A DNA stretch of 64,000 nt. It comes from Acidimicrobiales bacterium (GTDB taxonomy: Bacteria; Actinomycetota; Acidimicrobiia; Acidimicrobiales; AC-14). Shown here piece after piece: positions 44,669 through 53,839 of the stretch (position 1 is its first letter; every line of letters starts with the position of its first letter). A model generated the notes under the pieces. The model was not told the DNA's origin. It saw only the letters and a program-made list of their open reading frames with translations, and ran no database searches. The stretch is from positions 1,188 to 65,187 of the forward strand of contig JBOGIE010000001.1 in NCBI GenBank assembly GCA_050742435.1, in the 5' to 3' direction. A program made the translations under genes and the position numbers.

Positions 44669-45748
44669 TTAGGGGGGCGCGGACGGGATGCGGAACGTGA
44701 ACGTCGACCCTAGGCCCTCCTGGGACTCTACGAGCACCTCCCCCCCGTGGTTGGTGGCCACGTGGCGGACGATGGACAGGCCGAGGCCGGTCCCGCCGGT
44801 GTCGCGGCTCCGGGCCCGGTCGACGCGGTAGAAGCGTTCGAAGATCCGTTCCAGATCCCTGGCCGGTATCCCGACCCCGTCGTCCCGCACGACGACCTCG
44901 ACCCAGCCGTCCGCAGCGGAGATGTCGACGTGGACCGACGATGCCGGCTCGGAGTACTTCACCGCGTTCTCCAGCAGGTTGGCCACGGCGGAGCACAGCT
45001 GGTTCTCGTCCCCTTCGACCGCCAGGCCGGCCGGCACCGTGCCCTGCACCACGTCCACGCCCAGCTGGGCGGCCAGAGGGGCGACGCGGTCCACGGCGGC
45101 GGCGACGACCGCACCCAACGCCACCGCCTGGCGATGGAGCTCTCCGGACTCGATCCGGGACAGGTCGAGCAGCCCGTCGATCAACCGCCCTGCTCGTTCG
45201 GCCTCGGTGGAGATGCGCCCGGCCAGGCGGCGCATCACCTCGGGATCGGGCTCGTCGGCCAGCGTCTCGGCCAGCACGCCCATGGCCCCGACCGGTGTGC
45301 GCAGCTCGTGGCTGACGTTGGCCACGAAGTCCCGCCGGACGGCCTCGAGCCGGCGCAGCTCCGAGACATCGTCGACGATCACCACCGTGCCCAGCGGCCG
45401 GTCGGACCGGACCACGGGCGTCCCGGTGATCTCCAGGGTGCGGGGCGGGGGCCCGTAGAGCTCGAGCGTCTGGGTGACCGGCCGGGTGGCGTCGCCGGCC
45501 GCCACCACCTCCTCGATGGCCCGGTCGACCAGGACCGCGGTGTGGCGCCCGCCCTCGAGGTCGCGGCTCCGGCGGTTGCGGAGGACGACCTCTCCGGCCG
45601 CGCCGCAGACCACCACGGCGTGGGGCAGGGCGTCGATGGCCTCCCGCAGGCGGGCCGCCTCCGCCGCCGCCTGGCGGGCCCGCTCCTCCAGCTCCGCGGA
45701 CCTGCGCTCGGCGGCGGCGAGGCGCTCCAGCAGTCGCTGCTTCCTCAT
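44669..45748 (-). CDS. senX3: Sensor histidine kinase, SenX3/PhoR-like, apparently cytoplasmic (no TM segment)
   Basis: ATG at 45748. It has an N-terminal coiled coil, a PAS-like region, the H-box FVANVSHELRTP, and the N/G boxes NLLENAVKY and GGTGLGLSIV. Confidence 0.75.
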   Translation of the reverse strand: MRKQRLLERLAAAERRSAELEERARQAAAEAARLREAIDALPHAVVVCGAAGEVVLRNRRSRDLEGGRHTAVLVDRAIEEVVAAGDATRPVTQTLELYGPPPRTLEITGTPVVRSDRPLGTVVIVDDVSELRRLEAVRRDFVANVSHELRTPVGAMGVLAETLADEPDPEVMRRLAGRISTEAERAGRLIDGLLDLSRIESGELHRQAVALGAVVAAAVDRVAPLAAQLGVDVVQGTVPAGLAVEGDENQLCSAVANLLENAVKYSEPASSVHVDISAADGWVEVVVRDDGVGIPARDLERIFERFYRVDRARSRDTGGTGLGLSIVRHVATNHGGEVLVESQEGLGSTFTFRIPSAPP

Positions 45749-45786
45749 CGGTGTGACCCCAGCGTAGGGGCCGGACCTCCGGTACG

Positions 45787-46290
45787 TTGCCCCACGTGTT
45801 CGCTGACTTCTACAGCACATTCGCAACCGTCTCGCTCACCGTCACCGGACTCTGGATGTACGTCGCCCAAGCACGCTTCCGCGAGTGGATCTCCGATCGC
45901 GACCATTTCCGCCGGGCATCGGCCGTCTCGGTCCAGCTGGCCTTCCCCGGGATGATGTGCCTGCTCGCCCTGATCGACTCCGAGAGCACGCTCCTGTGGC
46001 GGTGGGCCTTCGGCGTGGTCGCCGCCCTCGCCATCGCCCTGCTCGTCAGCCTGCCCCGGCGGTCACGCGCCCCCTGGGGCCGGGCCAACGCAGTCGGGAA
46101 CTGGATCGCCATCGTGCTCTACTTCCTCATCGGCGTGGTCGCGGTGTTCCCGGAGATCGCCGCCGACCTCGACATCCCCAGCCCGCGCAACATCGAGTTC
46201 TTCCTGTTCTGCCTCCTGCTCTTCAACGGCCTGGTCGTGGCCTGGATCATGCTTTTCGTCGAGGCCCAGGAGAGCAACGACCCGGGCTAA
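45787..46290 (+). CDS. Integral membrane protein, hypothetical
   Basis: 167 aa with 4-5 hydrophobic helices. The start is TTG 45787 or GTG 45796. The GC content looks lower than in flanking DNA. Confidence 0.55.
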   Translation: MPHVFADFYSTFATVSLTVTGLWMYVAQARFREWISDRDHFRRASAVSVQLAFPGMMCLLALIDSESTLLWRWAFGVVAALAIALLVSLPRRSRAPWGRANAVGNWIAIVLYFLIGVVAVFPEIAADLDIPSPRNIEFFLFCLLLFNGLVVAWIMLFVEAQESNDPG

Positions 46291-46381
46291 CGCCGGCCAT
46301 CACGAACGGTTGGGACGTTGTTCACACGGCCGCACCCGGCTGACAACCCGGCCGACACCGGCGTTTCGTAGGTTCGCGGGC

Positions 46382-47053
46382 ATGGAAGCCACCGCGCGAC
46401 TCATGCCCCACGAACCCACGCTCTGGGACGCGCAGCAGGAGACGCTGCACAGTCCCCGCCTCGAGTACGGGCTCCCCGCCCGGGTGCTCTTCGCGTCCGT
46501 CGACCTCATCTACGGCCGGGCCCGGTCGATCTCGAAGTTCAAGGTCCTCGAGGTCCTGGCCCGGGTGCCCTACCAGTCCTGGGAGCACGCCGGCTACATC
46601 GCCGTGACCAACGCCTCGGAGCGACCTCGGACCGCCCGGCGCATGTTCGAGGAGGTGGAGACGAGCCGCCACCAGCAGGACAACGAGCAGTGGCACCTGC
46701 TGATCCTCGAGGAGCTGACCCGCACCCTGGAGATCAGGGAGCGGTTCTTCCGCCACCGCGTCGTCCCCCGGATCCTGGCCATGGTCTACTACCAGCTCTC
46801 GCTGGTGCTGTACCTGCTGAAGCCGGCCTGGAGCCAGCGGCTCAACGCCGACTTCGAGGACCACGCCGAACATGAGTACGCCCTGTTCGTGGAGGAGCAC
46901 CCGGAGTTCGAGCACATGCCCTTCGTCAGCCACTTCGTGGAGGACTACGGCCGGTTCGACTCCCTGGGCGACCTGTTCCGCCAGATCGGGCGGGACGAGC
47001 GCCAGCACAAGGAGGAGAGCCTGGCCGCCATGGCCAGGCCCCGCCTCAGATAG
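46382..47053 (+). CDS. Alternative oxidase (AOX/PTOX)-like di-iron carboxylate protein
   Basis: ATG at 46382 lies within track ORF 46310-47053. Four Glu/His motifs occur in order: LEVLARVPY, DNEQWHLLILEE, DFEDHAEHEY and RDERQHKEE. They parallel the AOX LET, NERMHL, LEEEA and RADE..H motifs. Confidence 0.7.
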   Translation: MEATARLMPHEPTLWDAQQETLHSPRLEYGLPARVLFASVDLIYGRARSISKFKVLEVLARVPYQSWEHAGYIAVTNASERPRTARRMFEEVETSRHQQDNEQWHLLILEELTRTLEIRERFFRHRVVPRILAMVYYQLSLVLYLLKPAWSQRLNADFEDHAEHEYALFVEEHPEFEHMPFVSHFVEDYGRFDSLGDLFRQIGRDERQHKEESLAAMARPRLR

Positions 47054-50000
47054 CGGCCAGGGCGGGCGGGCCGCCCTCGAAGGCCCGCCACATGGCCGCG
47101 TAACGGCCGCCCCGGGCCAGGAGCTCCTCGTGGGGCCCGGCCTCGACCACCCGCCCCTCGTCGATCACCACGATGCGGTCGGCGCCCATGGCCGTCTGGA
47201 GGCGGTGGGCGATCAGCAGGGTGGTGCGGCCCTCGGCCACCGCGCCCATGGCCCTGGTCACCCGGGCCTCGCTGGCCAGGTCGAGGGTCGACGTGGCCTC
47301 GTCGAGGAGCAGGACGGCCGGGTCGACCAGCCGGGCGCGGGCCAGGGCGATGAGCTGACGCTGGCCGGACGACAGCGACCGCCCCCGCTCGGTGACGGGG
47401 TGCAGGTACCCCCCCGGCAGCCCGGCGATGAACGGGTGGGCGCCGACCGCCCGGGCCGCGGCCTCCACCTCGGCGTCGTTGGCGTCCGGCCGGCCGTAGG
47501 CGATGTTGTCGCGCACCGTCCCCGAGAAGAGGAACGCCTCCTGGGGGACGTAGCCCAGCTGGCGGCGGAAGGCGCCCAGGTCGAGCCCGGTCAGCGGGTG
47601 GCCGTCGACGAGGACCCGCCCGGCCGTCGGGTCGTAGAAGCGGGCCAGCAGCTTCAGCACGGTGGACTTCCCCGCGCCCGTCTCGCCCACGAGGGCGACC
47701 GACTCCCCGGGCGCGATGTCGAGGTCGACGCCGGTCAGGGCCTCGCCGGTCGCCCCGGGGTAGCGGAACCGGACGCCCTCGAACCGGATGGCGCCGGACA
47801 GCCGCCCGGGGTCGACCGCGCTCGCCGGCTCGGCCACCGACGGCTCGATGGCCAGCAGGCGGCCGATCTGGGCGACCGACGCCCGGGCCGCCTGGTAGGT
47901 GTCGAACACCTGGGACAGCTGCTGGATCGGGGCGAAGAGCAGGTTGAGGTAGAGCAGGAAGGCCACCAGCTCGCCCGAGGTCAGCCCCCCGTCGACGATC
48001 AGCCCCGCGCCCACGCCCAGCACAACGGCGGCGGCGATCTCCGACAGCATCTCGACGAACGGGAAGTAGGTGGCGACCAGGCGCTGGGCCCGGATGCGGG
48101 CGTCGAGGTGGTGCTGGGACACCCTGCGGAAGTCGTCGATGTTGCGGTCCTGGCGGCCGTAGGCCTGGGCCACCCGCACGCCCGAGACGCTCTCCTGCAG
48201 GTTGGCGTTGACGGTGGCGATGCGCTCCCGCGCCGTCCCGTAGGCCCGCTCGGACATGCGGCGGAACCAGATGGTGGCCAGCACGAGCGGCACCAGCACG
48301 GTGCAGGTCGCCAGAGACAGGGCGGGGTTCATGACCACCAGCACCAGGGCGACACCGACCAGGGTCAGGATGCTCACCACCGCGCCGATCAGCCCGTTCT
48401 GCAGGAGCAGGGAGAGCGACTCCACGTCGGTCGTCATGCGGGTCATGACCTGGCCGGCCATCTCCCGCTCGTAGAAGTCCATGCCCAGGCGCTGGAGGTG
48501 GGCGAAGATGCGGACCCGCAGGGCGAAGAGCAGCCGCTCGGCCGTCCGGCCGGTGTAGCGCTGCTGACCCCAGACCACCACCCAGTCGGCCAGGACGATG
48601 GCGAGAAACAGGCCGGTCGTGGCCCACAGGGCGCGGGAGGAGCCTTCGACCACGCCCCGGTCGAGCCCGGCCCGGACCAGGGCGGGGCCGGCCAGGGCGG
48701 CCAGGGCGTCGAGGACCACGAGGACCAGGCCGAGGGCGAGGGGAAGCCGGTACGGGCGCAGGAACCGACCGAGCGAGAAGTCCGGGTCTGGCCGGGACTC
48801 CCTTCCCACGTCGACCTCGGGCCGGTCGGCCGCAGGGGGCAGGGCGTCCACCTTGGCCAGCAGCGCGGGGGTGGCCGAGACCATGCCCATGCCGCCGCCA
48901 CCGCCGCCCCGCATCCCGCCGCCACCGCCGCCACCGCCGCCACCGCCGCCACCGCCGCCCCACCAGCCGCCGCTGGTGGCGACGGTGGCCCGGGCCCGGG
49001 GTGCCGGCCGGGCGCCGTCCGGGGCGTTCCAGGCCGCGGGGGTCACACCACCGGCCGGCGCCGGCTCCTCGCCGCCGGTCTCATCGGCCGCGACCTCGTC
49101 GATGCCGGCGCCCGGCCCGGCCAGCAGCAGCCGGTACAGCTTGCAGCGGGCCATCAGCTCCTCGTGGGTGCCGGCGTCGACCACCCGGCCCTGGTCGACC
49201 ACGGCGATGCGGTCGGCCAGGCGCAACGTCGACCGGCGGTGGGCCACGAGCAAGGTGGTCCGGCCCTGCATCAGCCGGTGGAGGGTGGCGTGGATCTCCT
49301 CCTCCACCCGGGCGTCGACGGCGGACGTGGCGTCGTCGAGCACGAGCACGCGCGGGTCGGTGAGCAGCGCTCGGGCCAGGGCCAGGCGCTGGCGCTGCCC
49401 GCCCGAGAGCGACAGGCCGCCCTCGCCCAGGCGCGTGTCGTAGCCCTCGGGCAGCGCGGTGACGAAGTCGTGGGCCTCGGCCGCCCGCGCCGCGGCCACC
49501 ACCTCCTCGTCGGTGGCGTCCGGCCGGCCGTAGGCGATGTTGGCCCGGACGGTGTCGGAGAACAGGAACGACTCCTCGAACACCACCCCGATCTGGCGGC
49601 GGAGCGAGTCGAGGGTGACGTCGCGCACGTCGACGCCGTCGAGGCGGACGCCGCCCGACTGCACCTCGTAGAAGCGGGGCAGGAGCAGCGAGACGGTGGA
49701 CTTGCCCGAGCCCGACGGCCCGACCAGGGCGACGGTCTCCCCAGGGGCCACGGTCAGGGAGAACCCCTTCAACACCGGCTCGGAGCGCATGTAGCCGAAC
49801 GTCACGTCGTCGAAGGTGATCTCGCCGGTGACCGCCGGGAGGGGCCGGGCGTCGGGGCGCTCGGCGACGACCGGTGTGGAGTCGAGGAGCTCGAAGATGC
49901 GCTCGGCCCCGGCCCGGGCCTGCTGGGCGATCACGGTGAGGACGGACAGCATGCGGACCGGGCCCACCATCTGGAACAGGTACGTCGAGAAGGCCAGGAA

Positions 50001-50822
50001 GGTCCCGATGCTGATCCGCCCCTCGACGGCCAGCCACCCACCGAAGGCCAGCACCGCCACCTGGCCCAGGGCGGGGACGGTCTGCAGGGCCGAGCCGTGG
50101 CGGGCCTGGATCTTCACCGCCCGCAGGCGGGACCCGAACAGGTCGTCGGCCGTGGTCGCCAGCCGCTCCAGCTCCCGCTGCTCCTGGCCGAACCCCTTGA
50201 CCACCCGCACCCCGGCCACCGCCTCCTCGACCACGCCGGCCACCTCGGCCGCCCGCTGCTGGGCGTCCCAGGCGGCCGGGAACACGGTGTCCCGCAGGCG
50301 CACGGCGATCCACAGGATGGCCGGCACCACGACCAGGCTGACCAGCGTGAGGAGGGGCGACAGCACGGCCATGATCCCGAGGGAGAGGACGACCATGACC
50401 AGGCTGCCGCTGGCCAGGGGCAGGAAGGCCAGCAGGCTCTGGATCAGCCCCACGTCGGATCCGGCGCGCGACACCAGCTGGCCGGTCTGGAAGTCGTCGT
50501 GGCGGGCGAAGTCCAGGCGCTGGAGCCGTTCGTAGATGGCGTTGCGCAGGTCGAACTGGACGCTGAACGCCACCCGCCCGCCGACGTAGCGCCGCACGTG
50601 GGCCACCGCGAACCGGAACAGGCCGGCGGCCACCAGCAGGGCCAGCCAGGGGGCCAGGGGACGGCGGCGGGCCAGGATGACGTCGTCGATGATCACCTTC
50701 TGGACCACCGGCGTGAAGGCAGACACCGCCAGGCCCACGACCGCGGCACCGAAGGCGACGACCACGTCGTTGCGGTGGGCCATGAGATAGGGCCACAGCC
50801 GGCGGATCCAGCCCTGGGACAT
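47046..50822 (-). CDS. Full-length ABC exporter: two TMD-NBD half-transporters fused in one 1258-aa ORF through a poly-Gly linker
   Basis: ATG at 50822. The two Walker A motifs are GPSGSGKST and GETGAGKST. The two signature motifs are LSGGQRQRL and LSSGQRQLI. There is no in-frame stop between the halves. The linker reads WWGGGGGGGGGGGGGGGMRGGGGGGMGM. Confidence 0.85.
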   Translation of the reverse strand: MSQGWIRRLWPYLMAHRNDVVVAFGAAVVGLAVSAFTPVVQKVIIDDVILARRRPLAPWLALLVAAGLFRFAVAHVRRYVGGRVAFSVQFDLRNAIYERLQRLDFARHDDFQTGQLVSRAGSDVGLIQSLLAFLPLASGSLVMVVLSLGIMAVLSPLLTLVSLVVVPAILWIAVRLRDTVFPAAWDAQQRAAEVAGVVEEAVAGVRVVKGFGQEQRELERLATTADDLFGSRLRAVKIQARHGSALQTVPALGQVAVLAFGGWLAVEGRISIGTFLAFSTYLFQMVGPVRMLSVLTVIAQQARAGAERIFELLDSTPVVAERPDARPLPAVTGEITFDDVTFGYMRSEPVLKGFSLTVAPGETVALVGPSGSGKSTVSLLLPRFYEVQSGGVRLDGVDVRDVTLDSLRRQIGVVFEESFLFSDTVRANIAYGRPDATDEEVVAAARAAEAHDFVTALPEGYDTRLGEGGLSLSGGQRQRLALARALLTDPRVLVLDDATSAVDARVEEEIHATLHRLMQGRTTLLVAHRRSTLRLADRIAVVDQGRVVDAGTHEELMARCKLYRLLLAGPGAGIDEVAADETGGEEPAPAGGVTPAAWNAPDGARPAPRARATVATSGGWWGGGGGGGGGGGGGGGMRGGGGGGMGMVSATPALLAKVDALPPAADRPEVDVGRESRPDPDFSLGRFLRPYRLPLALGLVLVVLDALAALAGPALVRAGLDRGVVEGSSRALWATTGLFLAIVLADWVVVWGQQRYTGRTAERLLFALRVRIFAHLQRLGMDFYEREMAGQVMTRMTTDVESLSLLLQNGLIGAVVSILTLVGVALVLVVMNPALSLATCTVLVPLVLATIWFRRMSERAYGTARERIATVNANLQESVSGVRVAQAYGRQDRNIDDFRRVSQHHLDARIRAQRLVATYFPFVEMLSEIAAAVVLGVGAGLIVDGGLTSGELVAFLLYLNLLFAPIQQLSQVFDTYQAARASVAQIGRLLAIEPSVAEPASAVDPGRLSGAIRFEGVRFRYPGATGEALTGVDLDIAPGESVALVGETGAGKSTVLKLLARFYDPTAGRVLVDGHPLTGLDLGAFRRQLGYVPQEAFLFSGTVRDNIAYGRPDANDAEVEAAARAVGAHPFIAGLPGGYLHPVTERGRSLSSGQRQLIALARARLVDPAVLLLDEATSTLDLASEARVTRAMGAVAEGRTTLLIAHRLQTAMGADRIVVIDEGRVVEAGPHEELLARGGRYAAMWRAFEGGPPALAAI
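48882..48965 (-). repeat. Gly-codon low-complexity tract with 4 perfect 9-bp units (GCCGCCACC on the plus strand)
   Basis: The perfect units span 48918-48953. The whole tract encodes the linker of the fused ABC exporter. Confidence 0.9.
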
Positions 50823-50879
50823 CCCGGCGAGCGTACGGCGACCCCGGCCCGTACGCGACAGGCAATTACAGTTCCGCCG

Positions 50880-52415
50880 ATGGCCGACGCTCCTGCCGAT
50901 CCGGTCGCGGCATGGGCCGCCCACGACCCCGACTTCGTCGCCTTGGTCGAGGGGGGGACGGTCACCACCCGCGGCCAGCTCAACGCCCGGGTCAACCGGA
51001 TGGCCGGCGGCCTCGCCTCCCTCGGCATCCGGGCCGGGGAGCGGGGCGTGTGGTGCGGCCCCAACAGCACCCAGGTCGTGGTCTTCATGCACGCCTGCCG
51101 CAAGCTGGGCCTGGTCGCCGTGCCGCTGCCCTACCGCTTCACCGCCGAGGAGTGCCACCACGTGCTCGCCGACAGCGAGGCGGCGCTGGTCATGGTGGAC
51201 GCCGACCACGCCCCGACGATCGCCAGGCTCCTGCCCCGCCTGCCCCACCTGCGGGAGGCGGTCTCCTTCCGGGGGACGTCGCCCGGCCTACGGTCGTGGG
51301 AGGAGGTCATGGCCCTGGGCTCGCCCGAGGAGCCACCCCCGCCGCCCGACTACGGCACCGCCATGATGTACACCTCGGGCACGACCGGCCGGCCCAAGGG
51401 CGCCATCCGCAGCCGCTCCGACCGGGCCCTGCTCGGGGCCATGATGGCCGAGCTGAACTTCGGCTCCTCCGAGGTGCACCTGGTGACCGGGCCGCTCTAC
51501 CACGCCGGTCCCAACGCCTTCGCCCTGCTGACCCATATCACGGGCGGGACGCTCGTGGTCATGCGCAGCTTCGACCCGGCCGAGTGGGTGCGGCTGGTGG
51601 GCGAGCACCGGGTGACGTCGGCGTTCGTCACCCCGACCCACCTCAAGCGCATCGTCGCCCTGCCCGACGACGTGCTGGCCGCCGTCGACCTGTCGTCGCT
51701 GCGGACGGTGATCGCCAACGCCGCGCCCGTCCCCTACGCCCTCAAGCAGGAGGTGGTGGCCAGGCTGGGGGAGGGGTTCCTGTACGAGGTCTACGGCTCC
51801 ACCGAGCTGGGCATCGCCACCGTGCTCCGTCCCGAAGACCAGCTCCGCAAGCCGGGCTCGTGCGGGCGGGCCTACGGGGGCATCGAGCTCAAGGTGGTGG
51901 GCGAGGACGGCGCCGAGCTGCCGCCGGGCGAGGCGGGGGAGCTGTTCGTGCGCACCGCCCTGGCCATCGACGGCTACCACCGGATGGCCGAGCAGATGCC
52001 CGAACTGCCCGGCGACGGGGGCTGGAAGTCGGTGGGGGACGTGGCCTGGCTGGACGACGAGGGCTACCTGTACATCTGCGACCGCAAGATCGACATGGTC
52101 ATCACCGGGGGCATGAACGTGTACCCGGCCGAGGTGGAGGCCGCCCTGCACGCCCACCCCGATGTGGCCGACGCCGCGGTGATCGGCGTCCCCGACGACG
52201 AGTGGGGCGAGCGGGTGCACGCGGTGGTGGCGCCCAAGCCGGGACGCGAGCTCGACCCCCCGGCGCTGGATGCGTTCGTTGGCGGCCGGCTGGCCGGTTT
52301 CAAGCGGCCGCGGTCCTGGGAGGTCCGCACCGAGTTGCCCCGCACCGAGAGCGGCAAGCTGCTCAAGCGGGTGTTGCGGTCGCAGTACCTGGACGGCCAA
52401 CCGTCTCAGGCATGA
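50880..52415 (+). CDS. Acyl-CoA synthetase / AMP-dependent ligase (FadD-like)
   Basis: ATG at 50880 lies within giant track ORF 46872-52415. Motifs are MYTSGTTGRPKG, YGSTE, GDVAWLDDEGYLYICDRK and GKLLKR. Confidence 0.9.
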   Translation: MADAPADPVAAWAAHDPDFVALVEGGTVTTRGQLNARVNRMAGGLASLGIRAGERGVWCGPNSTQVVVFMHACRKLGLVAVPLPYRFTAEECHHVLADSEAALVMVDADHAPTIARLLPRLPHLREAVSFRGTSPGLRSWEEVMALGSPEEPPPPPDYGTAMMYTSGTTGRPKGAIRSRSDRALLGAMMAELNFGSSEVHLVTGPLYHAGPNAFALLTHITGGTLVVMRSFDPAEWVRLVGEHRVTSAFVTPTHLKRIVALPDDVLAAVDLSSLRTVIANAAPVPYALKQEVVARLGEGFLYEVYGSTELGIATVLRPEDQLRKPGSCGRAYGGIELKVVGEDGAELPPGEAGELFVRTALAIDGYHRMAEQMPELPGDGGWKSVGDVAWLDDEGYLYICDRKIDMVITGGMNVYPAEVEAALHAHPDVADAAVIGVPDDEWGERVHAVVAPKPGRELDPPALDAFVGGRLAGFKRPRSWEVRTELPRTESGKLLKRVLRSQYLDGQPSQA

Positions 52416-53839
52416 GGCTCCGCGCCGCGCTCGTCGCGGGATCCCTGCTGGCCGTGAGCCTGGTGTCGGGGCCGGCGGTGGCCCAGACGCAGCCACCCGC
52501 GCCTCCGGGCACGCCCACCCTGGGCACGCCGGTGTTCAGCATGCGGCGGGCGCCGGCCCTCCTGTCACGGGTGGTCGCCGACACCCACCTCACCGCCGAC
52601 CTCGACCGCATCCTCACCGACCCCGTCTACGGGCCGGCCGGCGACCGGTCCTGCCTCGTGGTCGGCGACCCCGGGGGTGGCGCCGTCCACTACGAGCGGC
52701 ACGCCTCCCTCGCCCTCATCCCCGCGTCCACCCTGAAGCTGCTCACCTCGGCCGCCGCCCTGGCCCAGCTGGGGCCCGACCGCCGCTTCACCACCGAGGT
52801 CCGGGCCGGCGCCCCCCCGGCCGACGGTGCGGTCGGCGACCTGTACCTGGTCGGCGGCGGGGACCCGCTCCTGTCCACCGCGGCGTTCGCGGCCGAGGGC
52901 GGCTACATGGGTCAGCCCCGCCGGTCGACCTCGATCGAGTCGCTCGCCGACAAGGTGGTCGCCTCGGGAGTGCGACGGGTGGGCCGCCTGGTGGGCGACG
53001 AGAGCCGCTACGACAGCGAACGGCTGGTGCCCAGCTGGAACCCCCGGTACATCGCCAACTTCGACATCAGCCCGATCTCGGCCCTGGTCGCGGACAAGGC
53101 CTTCACCAGCGTCCAACCACCGGCCGTGGCCATCTCCCCGCCGGCCCACGCCGCCAGCGTCCTCGCCGGCCTCCTCCGGGCGCGCGGCGTCACCGTGGGC
53201 GACACGGGCACGGGGAAGGCCCCGGCCGGTGCACCGCTGGTGACGTCGATCGAGTCCGTGCCGCTGCGGGAGGTCGTCGCCGAGATCCTCCAGAACAGCG
53301 ACAACCTGGCGGCCGAGATGCTGGTCAAGGAGATGGCGACCCGGCCCGGCAGCCCGGGGAGCACGACCGCCGGGCTGGCCGCGATGGCCGAGCAGCTCCG
53401 CACGCTGGTCGGTGTCACCCCCGACGAGATGGCCGCGGTGGACGGCTCGGGGCTCGACCGGGGCGACCGGCTCAGCTGCTCGGTGCTGCAGCGGGTGCTG
53501 GCCCGGGACGGCGAGTCCGGGCCCCTGGCCGAGGGCCTGCCCGTGGCCGGTCGCAACGGCACCTTGTTCGAGCGCTTCGTGGGGACAGACGCGGCGGGGA
53601 AGGTCCGGGCCAAGACCGGGTCCCTGGCCGGCGTGATCGGGCTGAGCGGCTACGCCACCGGCCAGGGGGGGCGCAACCTGGCCTTCTCCCTGCTGGCCAA
53701 CGAGCTGCCCAGCTCCTCGGCCGGCGCCGGCCTCCAGGACCGGGTCATGAACGTCCTGGCCGGGTACCCCCGGGCACCCGCCGCCGAGGAGCTGGGGCCC
53801 CGGGCTCCGTCGCCGGCGACGTCGCCGCCCGCCGGATGA
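52412..53839 (+). CDS. dacB: D-alanyl-D-alanine carboxypeptidase/endopeptidase (PBP4, peptidase S13)
   Basis: ATG at 52412 overlaps the upstream stop (ATGA). It has a signal peptide, SxxK (PASTLKL), SDN (NSDNLAAE) and KTG (KTGSL). Confidence 0.85.
   Translation: MRLRAALVAGSLLAVSLVSGPAVAQTQPPAPPGTPTLGTPVFSMRRAPALLSRVVADTHLTADLDRILTDPVYGPAGDRSCLVVGDPGGGAVHYERHASLALIPASTLKLLTSAAALAQLGPDRRFTTEVRAGAPPADGAVGDLYLVGGGDPLLSTAAFAAEGGYMGQPRRSTSIESLADKVVASGVRRVGRLVGDESRYDSERLVPSWNPRYIANFDISPISALVADKAFTSVQPPAVAISPPAHAASVLAGLLRARGVTVGDTGTGKAPAGAPLVTSIESVPLREVVAEILQNSDNLAAEMLVKEMATRPGSPGSTTAGLAAMAEQLRTLVGVTPDEMAAVDGSGLDRGDRLSCSVLQRVLARDGESGPLAEGLPVAGRNGTLFERFVGTDAAGKVRAKTGSLAGVIGLSGYATGQGGRNLAFSLLANELPSSSAGAGLQDRVMNVLAGYPRAPAAEELGPRAPSPATSPPAG

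Noticed and set aside
46872-52415. A 1847-aa ORF on the plus strand, the longest in the window.
   Set aside because: Only its last 512 codons (from ATG 50880) encode a recognisable protein, the acyl-CoA synthetase. The first ~1330 codons are antisense to the ABC exporter and translate to Arg/Gly/Pro/His-rich low-complexity sequence. This is a typical stop-free shadow frame in GC-rich DNA.
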